A DNA stretch of 64,000 nucleotides from Verrucomicrobiia bacterium. Lineage in GTDB: Bacteria; Verrucomicrobiota; Verrucomicrobiia; Limisphaerales; UBA1319. Position numbers and translations under genes: made by a program. The stretch lies in NCBI GenBank assembly GCA_963664225.1, contig OY760937.1, positions 2,016,001 to 2,080,000 on the forward strand, given 5' to 3'. The notes under the pieces are model-generated. The model was not told the origin of the DNA. It saw nothing but the letters and a program-made list of their open reading frames with translations, and ran no database searches. Shown here piece after piece: positions 1-9,779 of this stretch (its first letter is position 1; each line of letters opens with the position of its first letter).

Positions 1-1698
1 GGGTTTTGTTAATAATTGGAATTTATCCGTACCACTTTTTCCAGTGTCTGAAGCGTTTGAAGCCGAGCCGGGACTATCCGCCGAATCAGCGGAGGATACT
101 CTGGGTCGGAACAGTCCCATCGCCTTGCGCGCGAGGCTGAATACAACCCCGATGAAAAGAATCGCGATAAGAACATGCAGTATCTCATCCAGATTGGCCA
201 TAATGGCTGGCCATGGCGCCAAAACAAAGCCCGACGGGAGGATTACCACCAAAAACGCTCCCGCCAGCATCAGTGCCGAAGCGAGCAGCGATTTCGTTTT
301 CAGACCCAGTCGGTCCACAGGCGTTGAGTCCAGCGCGCGCCCCGTGGAACGGGTGACCGTGTCGCGGATCGCGTCGAACCACTCAGCGACAATGGAGTTC
401 GTGTCCCAGGTTGGTTTGAACATGCTTTCATTGGGAGTGAAACAAAGACATCGCACCTCTCCGCCCTGATCGAAAGTCACGCGAATGAAATCCAGTCCCG
501 TTGGCTTGGCAAGTAGCGAGTAACGTCCGATGCTGAGATCGCGGATGGCGGCCAGCGGGATCACCGTTTTTTGGCCGTCCCCGATAAAAGTGAGTTGCTG
601 CGCGTCGAGCACCAGCCGCCCTTTGCCTGTATAGATGTAGATGACCCTGCCCCAGAAGGTGGCCAGATGCTCCGGCGTGGAAATGTAGCTGCTGGCGGAC
701 TTGATCGTGGCCGGGTACGCAAGGCCCGGTTGAGCGGACGCTGGTTGTCCAACACCGGGAGTTGCAACCACCGTCTCCACCTGTGTGCGCAAATCGGCGG
801 CTGTCTGGTAGCGCAATTCGGGCTTCGACTCCAGCGCGCGCAGAACGATTTCATCGAGGCGCACGTCGATCTGCACCTTGCGCGAGGGGGGCTGGATTCT
901 GTCGGCGGGAAGCTCTCCGGTGAGCAGTTCATAGAGCACCACCCCGAGCGAATAGATGTCCGCGCGATGGTCGGCGCCGCCGTGCGCCTTCTGCTCCGGG
1001 GCCATGTATTGCGGCGTGCCGGCGGGCTGACTTTCCGCAAGGCCGACATCCGATCCTTCCGCATGGAGCATCCCGGCAATGCCAAAGTCAGCGATCTTCA
1101 CCCGTCCATCCTTGTCGAGGAGCAGGTTCTCGGGCTTGATGTCGCGATGCACAATGCCGTGCTCGTGGGCGTATTGCAGGGCCTCGCAGACGGGTGGCAC
1201 GACAGCCAGCGCCTGTTCGGGTGTGAAACGGCCCGCCTTCATCGCCTGGCGCAGATTCACGCCATCCACGAACTCCATGAGCAGAAAGTAAAAACCGCCA
1301 GCCTGGCCGAAATCGTAAATGGTCACGATGTTCGGATGGTTGAGGGCCGCCAGCGCCTGTGCCTCATGCGCGAAGCGTTTTGCAAACTTCGCGTCCGCCA
1401 CCCGCTCCGGGGCGAGCAACTTGATCGCAACCACGCGGTTGAGGGATTTTTGCAGTGCCTTGTAAACCACGCCCATGCCGCCGCGCCCGAGACATTCGAG
1501 GATTTCCAGTTGTGGAAAATGAGGCGCCAGTTCAGCGGGCGTCAGCGTTTTGTGCTGCGGGAAGGATTCCGACTCCGTCTGCGTCGGTTCCATCGCCCCG
1601 GCCATGAGACAGCGCGGGCAAAGTCCGGATGTGGCTGCGTTCGGCAGGCTCGCCCCGCATTTGGGGCAGGTGATCGATGATTGAGATGATTCACTCAT
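1..1698 (-). CDS. Hanks-type Ser/Thr protein kinase with C-terminal membrane extension (runs off left edge)
   Basis: Manual translation from ATG 1698 (absent from the ORF track because there is no stop in the window): N-terminal CPKC...CPRC, GMGVVYKA, HRDIKPEN, DFGIA, GTPQYMAPE, DIYSLG, then a hydrophobic segment near the edge. Confidence 0.92.
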   Translation of the reverse strand, partial: MSESSQSSITCPKCGASLPNAATSGLCPRCLMAGAMEPTQTESESFPQHKTLTPAELAPHFPQLEILECLGRGGMGVVYKALQKSLNRVVAIKLLAPERVADAKFAKRFAHEAQALAALNHPNIVTIYDFGQAGGFYFLLMEFVDGVNLRQAMKAGRFTPEQALAVVPPVCEALQYAHEHGIVHRDIKPENLLLDKDGRVKIADFGIAGMLHAEGSDVGLAESQPAGTPQYMAPEQKAHGGADHRADIYSLGVVLYELLTGELPADRIQPPSRKVQIDVRLDEIVLRALESKPELRYQTAADLRTQVETVVATPGVGQPASAQPGLAYPATIKSASSYISTPEHLATFWGRVIYIYTGKGRLVLDAQQLTFIGDGQKTVIPLAAIRDLSIGRYSLLAKPTGLDFIRVTFDQGGEVRCLCFTPNESMFKPTWDTNSIVAEWFDAIRDTVTRSTGRALDSTPVDRLGLKTKSLLASALMLAGAFLVVILPSGFVLAPWPAIMANLDEILHVLIAILFIGVVFSLARKAMGLFRPRVSSADSADSPGSASNASDTGKSGTDKFQLLTKP

Positions 1699-1746
1699 GC
1701 CACTGTCCTGACGCCCTGTTGTGGTTTGGTTACCAAAATATTTTTA

Positions 1747-2508
1747 CTAATTTCCCAGGGCGGCAAATAACGCCCGCATCTCGGCCTCGACTGATCGGGG
1801 ATCATCGAGCGTGCCGGCCACCTCGGCCTTGAGCAAATCGCGGAAACGCCGTTTCAATCGATGCACGGCCACCTTGAGCGCGTTCGCGTTCATGCCGCAA
1901 TCCCTGGCCAGGACCGTCTGGTCCCCATGCGCAGCCTCGCCGGTGAGCCACGGATTGACCTGTTTGAAAAATTCCGCCCGCCCATCGGCCTCGCATTCCC
2001 GACGCAGCGTATCGAGTGACCGCGCCAGAACGATGATCGCCCATTGCCGGTCGAAGGCCGCGTCGGGCGACAACACGCTCGAGTCCGCCACGGATCGCGC
2101 CTCGCCCGCATCGGTGTCCTGAAGCGAAATGTTTTCCACACCGCCGCCGCGCTTGAGACGCCGCGTCGCTTCACGGTGATGCGAGAGAAAGTGCTTCACA
2201 GCGCCGAGCAGATAGGAACGGAACCGACCATGCTCCGCTTCGGCGCGGGCGATGGCTCCACCGGCCAGCATGGATGCGAAGAAGTCGTGCGTCAGGTCGC
2301 GCGCGGCATCCGCATCGCGCAGTTCGCATCGCAAAAAGGCGGCCACCGGTTCATAATAGGCCTCACAAAGCTCAGTCAGGGCCCGCCGCCCCTCTGGCGA
2401 TTCCGCCTTCGCCTGTCTGACTTGCGTCCATCGCGTTGTCCGAAAATCTTCGCCGCGCGCTTCCCGCAGAGGCGGGTCTGGTATTGGTTGAGTCGGTTCA
2501 GTCGTCAT
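1747..2508 (-). CDS. ECF RNA polymerase sigma factor of the kinase-associated PVC type
   Basis: FRTTRWTQV...LCEAYYEPV...GRFRSYLL...FDRQWA...LKVAVHRLKRRF pattern; immediately upstream of the kinase; start at ATG 2508 is a choice. Confidence 0.88.
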   Translation of the reverse strand: MTTEPTQPIPDPPLREARGEDFRTTRWTQVRQAKAESPEGRRALTELCEAYYEPVAAFLRCELRDADAARDLTHDFFASMLAGGAIARAEAEHGRFRSYLLGAVKHFLSHHREATRRLKRGGGVENISLQDTDAGEARSVADSSVLSPDAAFDRQWAIIVLARSLDTLRRECEADGRAEFFKQVNPWLTGEAAHGDQTVLARDCGMNANALKVAVHRLKRRFRDLLKAEVAGTLDDPRSVEAEMRALFAALGN

Positions 2509-2756
2509 TGGCAGCCAGGCAAATCCTATCACACATTCCTGACCTGCCGGAAGGGAAAGGTTACCGACTTTTTAAACAAGGCTACAGGCCCGGGAAATCC
2601 CGTGTGGACAATTTGGATGGCGGGGATCAAAATCAAATCATCGGGAACGTGGTCCGTGAAATGACAGCGTCCATGCGAGTGCCGGGGTGGATGGCGGGGT
2701 GCCAACAGAAGTTTGCAATGAGAATCAAATCAAAACGCGGGAGTTTGCTTTACGTT

Positions 2757-3587
2757 ATGAAGACATCAACGACCTTTGCATGGTCATGGCTGGTTCTGCT
2801 GATGTGTGGTTTTGCACAAGTGGCGTCCGCCCAGCAGACACCGGCGCAGGCATATAAAACAGACACGAACATCCTCTACCGGACGGACGGCACGCCGACG
2901 GATTACATGCAGCAACGCTGCCGACTGGATGTCTATTACCCGGCGGATAAAAAAGCGTTCACCACCGTGGTCTGGTTCCATGGCGGAGGCCTGACGGGGG
3001 GCGAGAAGTTCATTCCGGCGGAGCTGAAAGAGAAGGGGATCGCGGTCGTTGCCGCCGGATACCGCCTGAGTCCGCAGGCCAAATGCCCTGCGTATATCGA
3101 GGACGCCGCGGCTGCGGTTGCGTGGACCTTTCAAAACATTGAAAAATATGGCGGATCGACCAACCGCATATTCGTAAGCGGGCATTCGGCGGGAGGCTAT
3201 CTCACGTGCATGATCGGGTTGGACAAACACTGGCTGGCCCCATACGGAGTGGATGCGAACCGGATCGCGGGGCTGATTCCCTTCAGCGGTCAGGCCATCA
3301 CGCACTTCACGATCCGAAACGAGCGGGGCATTGATTCGAAACAGCCGGTCATTGATGAAATGGCCCCCTTGTTTCATGTCCGCAAGGACGCGCCCCCACT
3401 CCTGCTCATCACCGGGGATCGTGAGCGGGAACTCTACGGACGCTACGAGGAAAACGCGTATCTGTGGCGCATGATGAAGGAAGTGGGAAACACCAACACC
3501 GTGCTCCACGAACTGGAAGGTTTCGACCACGGCCAAATGGCGGAGCCCGCGCTTTACCTGCTGTTGCGGTTCGTCAAAAAAACATAA
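2757..3587 (+). CDS. Secreted alpha/beta hydrolase (esterase/lipase)
   Basis: Signal peptide, HGGG oxyanion motif, GHSAG nucleophile elbow, C-terminal DH. Confidence 0.88.
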   Translation: MKTSTTFAWSWLVLLMCGFAQVASAQQTPAQAYKTDTNILYRTDGTPTDYMQQRCRLDVYYPADKKAFTTVVWFHGGGLTGGEKFIPAELKEKGIAVVAAGYRLSPQAKCPAYIEDAAAAVAWTFQNIEKYGGSTNRIFVSGHSAGGYLTCMIGLDKHWLAPYGVDANRIAGLIPFSGQAITHFTIRNERGIDSKQPVIDEMAPLFHVRKDAPPLLLITGDRERELYGRYEENAYLWRMMKEVGNTNTVLHELEGFDHGQMAEPALYLLLRFVKKT

Positions 3588-3658
3588 ATATCCAATCAGA
3601 CGCAGCGGGAAAGCAATATGAACGGCGGCACTCGAAAACCGTATAAGCTTGCTCCGCA

Positions 3659-3686
3659 TTGACGAAAACAACGCCGGTCGTAGCTT
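3659..3686 (+). promoter_or_regulatory. Possible sigma70 promoter for hicB-hicA
   Basis: TTGACG-N16-TAGCTT ending 10 nt before ATG 3696. Confidence 0.35.
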
Positions 3687-3695
3687 ATTTTGCAG

Positions 3696-3902
3696 ATGAA
3701 TAGCAAATATCATGTCACGCTGCTCAAACATTCGGGGGGCGTGTCTGTCAGTTGCCCCGAATTGCCGGGCTGCCATTCCCAGGGCGCAACTGTTGCCGAA
3801 ACCATGGACAACATCTGCGATGCCATTCAAGGCTACCTCGAACTTTACGGCGTGGCGGAGCTGCATTGTGAAATACGCGAGATGGAAGTGACCACCGCGT
3901 GA
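3696..3902 (+). CDS. hicB: HicB-family antitoxin (short, no DNA-binding domain)
   Basis: VSCPELPGCHSQGATVAETMDNICDAIQGYL is the HicB partial RNase H fold signature. Confidence 0.85.
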   Translation: MNSKYHVTLLKHSGGVSVSCPELPGCHSQGATVAETMDNICDAIQGYLELYGVAELHCEIREMEVTTA

Positions 3903-3903
3903 T

Positions 3904-4077
3904 ATGCCAAAGCTGCCGGGCGTCAATCATCTTCAGGCCGTAAAGGCGCTGGAAAAAGCGGGCTTCCGGGTTGATCCTCAGAGCAGGCACGTCTTCTTGT
4001 CCAAGGGGATGGATCATGTGGTTGTGCCTCGCAACAATCCGGTGGATGCCTATACCCTGCCCGCTCGTGACTCGTGA
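3904..4077 (+). pseudogene. hicA: HicA-family toxin, apparently C-terminally truncated (57 aa)
   Basis: Manual translation MPKLPGVNHLQAVKALEKAGFRVDPQSRHVFLSKGMDHVVVPRNNPVDAYTLPARDS*; starts 1 nt after the hicB stop; lacks the usual final helix. Confidence 0.65.
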
Positions 4078-4253
4078 GGTGAGGAAGAAGACTAGCCAGG
4101 ATCTTTGGCAGGGTCGTAAAGTCTGATAATCTGATTACATGAAAAAGCGGTCCATCCGCTTTCCCAGTTTTGATATCGAACGACCAATGTTGCAATGCAG
4201 CCCTCCCATTTTTTTGTGATTCCCTTATCCGATGAATCGGCTACATCTTGTGC

Positions 4254-5636
4254 ATGCCACACTCTCAAAAACGCCTCCACCAGGGGACTCAGGTCCCGCT
4301 CTTTAACATTTCACGCCGTTCCTTTCTCAGCAAACTGGCCGTAACCGCTGCCGCCACTGGTTTGCCGCTATGGTATCTGGAACAGGAAGTCGCGCTTGCG
4401 GCCCCCGCGCCCAAGGCTCTTGGGCCGAATGATCGCCCCGGCATCGCGCTGATCGGTTGCGGTGGAATGGGGCGCGGAGACGGTGCCAACTCCATGCGTT
4501 TCGGCGATATGATCGCGGTGTGCGATGTGGATTCCACACACGCCGACCAGGCCGCCCAGCAATACACCAAAAACGGAAAGACACCCGAGAAATATTCGGA
4601 TTTCCGCAAATTGCTGGAGCGCGACGACATTCATGTAGTGATCGCCGCCACGCCGGACCACTGGCACACGCTGGTCAGCACGGCGGCCGTCATTGCGCAC
4701 AAGGATGTGTATTGCGAGAAGCCACTGACCCTCACCATTGACGAAGGCAAGCAACTGGTCAAAGCCGTTCGCAAGAACAAGGCCATCCTGCAAACCGGGA
4801 CCCAGCAACGCAGCGACCGGCGCTTTCGACTGGCCTGCGAACTGGTGCGCAATGGCCGTCTGGGCAAACTCAAGAAAGTGACGGTTTATCTGCCTGCGGG
4901 ATTGCGCGAAGGGCCTTTTAAATCCGGTCCCATACCCAGCGGATTGAACTGGGATTTTTGGCAGGGCCAGGCCCCGGCAGTCGATTACGTGGCGCAGCGC
5001 TGCCATACCTACTTCCGCTACTGGTATGAATACTCCGGCGGCACCATGACCGATTGGGGCGCGCACCATAACGATATCGCTCTGTGGGCCATTGGCCTGC
5101 CGGGACCCATCAGCGTCGAAGGCAAACACCTGACGGAGCCAATCCCCGGTGGCTACACCGCCTACAGCGAATATGATGTGACCTACCTGTATTCCAATGG
5201 GGTGGAGGAAAACATCAAGACCACCAAGGATGACAATATCTATGGGGGTTCCGTGAACGACAAAGGCCAGCACAACGGCATTCGATTCGAGGGGACCGAT
5301 GGCTGGCTCTGGGTCAACCGCGCGGAGATCGATGCCAGTGACGAGGCCCTCTTCAAGACACCGCTGCCGGAAAATGCGGAGCATCTCTACGCCAGTTCCG
5401 ATCACATGGGCAACCTGTTCAATTGCGTGCGTTCGCGCAAAGATCCGATCTGCGAAGTGCAGACGGGGCACCGCTCCGCCGCGATCTCGCACCTGGGCGC
5501 CATTGCGCTAAGACTCGGCAAGAAGCTCCAATGGGATCCTGAAAAAGAGGTGTTCGTGGGTGAAAACGCCGGGGAAGGCAACGCCATGGCGGTCCGCGAA
5601 ATGCGCAAGCCTTACGATTACAGCTTCATTAGTTGA
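4254..5636 (+). CDS. Gfo/Idh/MocA family oxidoreductase, Tat-exported
   Basis: SRRSFL Tat motif, IGCGGMG, ATPDHWH, CEKP, DWGAHHND. Confidence 0.92.
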   Translation: MPHSQKRLHQGTQVPLFNISRRSFLSKLAVTAAATGLPLWYLEQEVALAAPAPKALGPNDRPGIALIGCGGMGRGDGANSMRFGDMIAVCDVDSTHADQAAQQYTKNGKTPEKYSDFRKLLERDDIHVVIAATPDHWHTLVSTAAVIAHKDVYCEKPLTLTIDEGKQLVKAVRKNKAILQTGTQQRSDRRFRLACELVRNGRLGKLKKVTVYLPAGLREGPFKSGPIPSGLNWDFWQGQAPAVDYVAQRCHTYFRYWYEYSGGTMTDWGAHHNDIALWAIGLPGPISVEGKHLTEPIPGGYTAYSEYDVTYLYSNGVEENIKTTKDDNIYGGSVNDKGQHNGIRFEGTDGWLWVNRAEIDASDEALFKTPLPENAEHLYASSDHMGNLFNCVRSRKDPICEVQTGHRSAAISHLGAIALRLGKKLQWDPEKEVFVGENAGEGNAMAVREMRKPYDYSFIS

Positions 5637-5764
5637 GCCAACTGAGTCGGATCATCAATCCCCCACCCTTCGCGCGAGGAAGTGTGGGGGCTTTGATATT
5701 TGCGAATGGGATTGAAATAGGAGAGAGCCTAAAAGTCCGACACTGCGGATCTGTGGTGGCACCT

Positions 5765-6208
5765 CTATTGATTACCGGTGATATCGGAATTGGATTGGCC
5801 GGCCATAGCTCGTTTATTTGAAAACTGTTGGACGCTGCCATCTCCCATCAAGACGACCTGGCTGCCGTCCTTCAATCGAGCTTGCATCAAAACATCGCCG
5901 GGACGCGTTTCGTCGGCGATGAGAGAAATCGAGACCTCCATGCCATCAAAACCTTTGACGTCCTCGCGGCTTAACAAGTCTTTGGCGACCAGTTCCTTAA
6001 GATCCACAGAAGCTGGAATCGGCAAACCTTTTTTCGCAAGGTCGTGAGCGTAGGTCTGTGCGGCGGCAACAATTTTCTCTGCGGCCACAGAATGAATCCT
6101 GCCGGTGGCTCCCCGGAGTGAATCCGAATGAAAGAGAGCGAAGCAAACGAGGCATGCCACAACCAGCACGCCAGCGACAACCAATATGATTGCGTGTGTG
6201 CGTTTCAT
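5765..6208 (-). CDS. Hypothetical protein with one N-terminal TM segment
   Basis: 147-aa ORF; C-terminal VLMGDGSVQQ resembles the H-X9-DG tail of PVC prepilin-like proteins. Confidence 0.6.
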   Translation of the reverse strand: MKRTHAIILVVAGVLVVACLVCFALFHSDSLRGATGRIHSVAAEKIVAAAQTYAHDLAKKGLPIPASVDLKELVAKDLLSREDVKGFDGMEVSISLIADETRPGDVLMQARLKDGSQVVLMGDGSVQQFSNKRAMAGQSNSDITGNQ

Positions 6209-6275
6209 AAGTACAAATTGTATTGGCCACTCTCAAATGTCAAGTAATACGCAATATTTTATACAGCTCATGATC

Positions 6276-7355
6276 ATGCGCTTGCGAATGTTCGCAGCGA
6301 CGCTATTGGCCCTCGCGGCGGTGACGCTGACCGGCCGTGCTGAATTCATCAAGGGCGGAGACCTCTCGCTGCTCCAGTTTATTCAGGATCACGGTGTCGA
6401 ATACAAGGAAACCAACCAGGTCAAAGATCCGCTCCTGATCTTCAAGGACCATGGCTGCAACACGGTTCGCCTGCGCCTGTTCGTGGCGCCCAATGGCAAG
6501 GCCGGCCAGGTCAATTCGCTTTCCTACACGCTGCGGCTGGCAAAGCGGGTCAAAGACGCCGGGCTCAAACTGATGCTGGATTTCCATTACTCGGATGGCT
6601 GGGCGGACCCGGGGCATCAGATCATCCCGGCCGAGTGGAAGGAACTTTCGCACGCGCAATTGGTGGATCGGGTTTACAACTACACCCGTGAGACGATGGC
6701 GGCATTCGCCCGCGAGGGTTGCATGCCGGACATGGTGGCGGTGGGCAACGAGATCAGCAATGGCATCATGTGGCCCGATGGCGGCCCGCTCTCGGACGCC
6801 GCCAAGTGGGACAACCTAACGGATTTGCTCAAGGCGGGCGTCCGGGGCGTGCGCGAGAGCGATCCCAATAGGTTTGCGCGGGTGATGATCCATATCGACA
6901 AGGGCGGAGATACGAAGGCTTCCCGTTGGTTTTATGACAACCTCCAGAGCCGGGATGTTTCGTTCGACGTGATCGGCCTCTCCTATTATCCCTTCTGGCA
7001 TGGCACGCTGGCCAATCTCAAGGAAAACCTGGCGTCGCTCTCCGAAACCTATAAAAAGGATATCATGGTGGTCGAAACCGGTTACGACAGCTGGGGCGGT
7101 CCGCAGGAAAAGCTGCCTTTCGCGATAACGCCCGAGGGACAGAAAGCGTTTCTCGAGGAACTCATCCGCTTGGTTGCAGCAACGCCGGATGGCCATGGAC
7201 AGGGCGTAGTCTATTGGGCTCCGGAATGGATCCTGGGAGAGAAATGGAACGCCTCCGGCTCTGGGGCGTGGGAAAGTCGCGCTTTATTCGATAATTCGGG
7301 AAACATGCGGCCCGCGATGAACGGCTTCCATTCCCCTGAGCCGGACAGGCGCTGA
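6276..7355 (+). CDS. Arabinogalactan endo-beta-1,4-galactanase (GH53)
   Basis: GGDLS, RLRLFV, DFHYSDGWADPGHQ, VGNEI, GLSYYPFWHG, VETGY; signal peptide. Confidence 0.92.
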   Translation: MRLRMFAATLLALAAVTLTGRAEFIKGGDLSLLQFIQDHGVEYKETNQVKDPLLIFKDHGCNTVRLRLFVAPNGKAGQVNSLSYTLRLAKRVKDAGLKLMLDFHYSDGWADPGHQIIPAEWKELSHAQLVDRVYNYTRETMAAFAREGCMPDMVAVGNEISNGIMWPDGGPLSDAAKWDNLTDLLKAGVRGVRESDPNRFARVMIHIDKGGDTKASRWFYDNLQSRDVSFDVIGLSYYPFWHGTLANLKENLASLSETYKKDIMVVETGYDSWGGPQEKLPFAITPEGQKAFLEELIRLVAATPDGHGQGVVYWAPEWILGEKWNASGSGAWESRALFDNSGNMRPAMNGFHSPEPDRR

Positions 7356-7473
7356 AAACGACATTAAAAGCCCCAATCCGGCACCCAGCCATCCCAGAGC
7401 AGTAACTATTTGGACGTATTTTGCGTTTTTCGGCGTCAACTCCTGCCTTGTCAAGGCGGGGGCCGGGGGTATC

Positions 7474-8109
7474 ATGCATGAGTTTGTGAAGACGAAGTGG
7501 AATCTCATTCTGCCTGTGGTCATGATGTTCACGCTGGCCCTGACGCGGCTGCCGGGACTCATGCCTCAGAACTTTAGCGCAGTTTATGCCCTGATGTTCT
7601 GCGCGGGTGTTTATTTTCCGGCGCGCATGGCGTGGTGGCTGCCGATGGCGACCCTGGCGGGCACGGACGTCGTTTTAAACCTGTTTTTCTATAAAGGGGC
7701 TGGCACCAGCAATTTATTGGGCATGGTGGCGTTCATCGCCCCCAATTATCTGGCCTACGTGGGGTTGATCTGGCTGGGCCGCAAGTTCACCGCCCGGGCC
7801 TCGTGGCTCTCGCTGCTATGCGGCGGGGTGCTGGGCGCGTTGATGTTTTATTTTGTAACGAATACCAGCTCCTGGATTCAAAATCCCGAATACTCCAAGT
7901 CGCTGGCGGGGTGGATTCAGGCGCTCACGGTGGGGACCACCGGCTGGCCGCACACCTGGGAATTCTTTCGCAACACGTTGATCAGTGGCGGTTTATTTAC
8001 GGGTCTATTCGCCGGAGCCATGAAGGTTTCCGCGAGCATGGAGTCCGAACAGGAGAAGGAATCCCCGGCGGATACCGAGGAAGCCGAGCCGGAGGAAGGC
8101 AAGGCATGA
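7474..8109 (+). CDS. DUF6580-like putative transport membrane protein
   Basis: Multi-TM; PQNFSAVYALMFCAG, FYFVTN..W, FFRNTL motifs. Confidence 0.7.
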   Translation: MHEFVKTKWNLILPVVMMFTLALTRLPGLMPQNFSAVYALMFCAGVYFPARMAWWLPMATLAGTDVVLNLFFYKGAGTSNLLGMVAFIAPNYLAYVGLIWLGRKFTARASWLSLLCGGVLGALMFYFVTNTSSWIQNPEYSKSLAGWIQALTVGTTGWPHTWEFFRNTLISGGLFTGLFAGAMKVSASMESEQEKESPADTEEAEPEEGKA

Positions 8110-8167
8110 AACCTTTGGATGTGTTTCTGGCGAAGCCCTTGATCACCATTTTGAACCCAAACTGCGC

Positions 8168-8653
8168 ATGATAAAAATTGGCGTGTTGTCCGACACCCAC
8201 GGTTATTTGGATCGCCAGATCGCGGATATTTTCGCGGGTGTGGACCATATTTTCCATGCAGGCGACATTGGTTATCCATCCCTGATTCTGGAATTGGAGG
8301 ATATCGCGCCTGTAACGGCGATCGCTGGCAACAACGATGAAGGCACGGAATTCCGCGAGACGGAATTGATCGTGCTGGACGGCCGGAAATTTCTTTTGCA
8401 TCACCAAATGGATCCGCATTCGCCGCCCGAAAAGATCAAGCGGCGGATCATCCGCGAGAATCCCGATGTGGTGGTGTTCGGGCACACCCATAAGAAGTTT
8501 TGCGAGACGATCGGCCAGACCCTCTTTTTCAATCCGGGTTACGCGGGAAAGCCCCGTTTCGGCCATGGCCGAAGTGTGGCGGTGCTTCTTTGTGACGCCA
8601 CAGGGATCACGGCGGAGTTTCGCGAGTTGACGGGACCGCCCGTAGTCGTTTGA
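8168..8653 (+). CDS. YfcE/MJ0936-family metallophosphoesterase
   Basis: SDTHG, HAGD, GNND, GHTH, NPG motifs. Confidence 0.9.
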   Translation: MIKIGVLSDTHGYLDRQIADIFAGVDHIFHAGDIGYPSLILELEDIAPVTAIAGNNDEGTEFRETELIVLDGRKFLLHHQMDPHSPPEKIKRRIIRENPDVVVFGHTHKKFCETIGQTLFFNPGYAGKPRFGHGRSVAVLLCDATGITAEFRELTGPPVVV

Positions 8654-8717
8654 GGGGCTCTTGACGATTTAAAGCGGGCAGGGTTAACTGGACGATGTTA
8701 GGTTGGTGAATAGTTTT

Positions 8718-9059
8718 ATGCCGACATACGAATATATTTGTGAGAAGTGCGGTCATGAGTTTGAGTTGTTTCAAAGAATTTCCGCGTCTGCGCTGAAGAC
8801 CTGTCCCCAGGAAAAGTGCAGCCAAAAAACATGGGGCAAAGGCCAGGTTAAACGGTTGATTGGAACCGGTTCGGGCATCATTTTCAAAGGCTCGGGCTTC
8901 TACGAAACCGATTACCGCAGCGATAAATACAAGGCTGCGGCACAGAAGGACTCCGTCGCGGTGTCGCCCACGCCTCCGCCGCAAAAAACAGAGAAGGCGG
9001 CCAAGACGAAGCCTGCGACCGAGGCCAAAACCGCTCCAGCCGCCAAGAGCAACGATTAA
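8718..9059 (+). CDS. FmdB-family zinc-ribbon protein
   Basis: MPTYEYICEKCGHEFE...FKGSGFYETDY. Confidence 0.88.
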   Translation: MPTYEYICEKCGHEFELFQRISASALKTCPQEKCSQKTWGKGQVKRLIGTGSGIIFKGSGFYETDYRSDKYKAAAQKDSVAVSPTPPPQKTEKAAKTKPATEAKTAPAAKSND

Positions 9060-9067
9060 GCCCTCGA

Positions 9068-9754
9068 ATGAACCCCGCCCCAACCTCCATCAAACGAAAG
9101 TTGATCCTGGGGCTGTTCTTTCTGGGGGTGGTGCTGGCCGCAGCGCTGGTTGCGGGAGCCTACCTATACACGCAGCTCACTGTTTACGCCGAACCGGCCA
9201 GCGTGGGAGCCCCAAGCTCGGTCGATGCCTTGGAGGCGGGGCGCAAACTCCTCCAATTCGAGGATTCGTTCAAGAGCAACCGGCGTGGCTTCGTGCGGTT
9301 AAACGAGAGCGAGATCAACTCCCTGTTGAACCAACGCTATTTTCGCGAAAATAAAAAGGCCAGCGCCGCCGCGCCTGCGACCGCCTCGCTGCTTTCCAAC
9401 GCGCGCGTGCGCCTCAAGGACGACAATATCACATGGTTTTCCTGGGTGCGGCGCAATTATATGGGGCGCACCCTTGATTTGATCTGGCAGCGCACGGTCC
9501 AACTTAAACGCACCGGTGACCACTGGACTTTTGAGGTGATCTCCATGCGCGTGGGCCGCCAGACCATCCCCAAGGCCTATTGGGAAACGGTTCAGAATTG
9601 GATGGGGGGTGTGGACGAGAGATTGATCGATCCGTACCAATGGCTAACGCATCTGCCTACAATCGAAATCAAGCCCGGAGAAATCAGCCAGGCGCCCGAA
9701 CTGCTGCTTTACAATTATGTCGCCACTCCGGTGGCCACAACCCAGGACCGGTAG
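9068..9754 (+). CDS. Hypothetical membrane-anchored protein
   Basis: 228-aa ORF with N-terminal TM, operonic spacing. Confidence 0.7.
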   Translation: MNPAPTSIKRKLILGLFFLGVVLAAALVAGAYLYTQLTVYAEPASVGAPSSVDALEAGRKLLQFEDSFKSNRRGFVRLNESEINSLLNQRYFRENKKASAAAPATASLLSNARVRLKDDNITWFSWVRRNYMGRTLDLIWQRTVQLKRTGDHWTFEVISMRVGRQTIPKAYWETVQNWMGGVDERLIDPYQWLTHLPTIEIKPGEISQAPELLLYNYVATPVATTQDR

Positions 9755-9779
9755 CCAATGGGGCCGCCATCGCTCTGTC

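Noticed and set aside
571..1680. 369-aa plus-strand ORF
   Set aside because: Antisense shadow of the Ser/Thr kinase. The same applies to the long shadow ORFs opposite tnpC, ppk1, carB and lpdA.
7356..7473. Riboswitch upstream of the DUF6580-like transporter
   Set aside because: Only about 118 nt of leader and no recognisable cobalamin or other aptamer core
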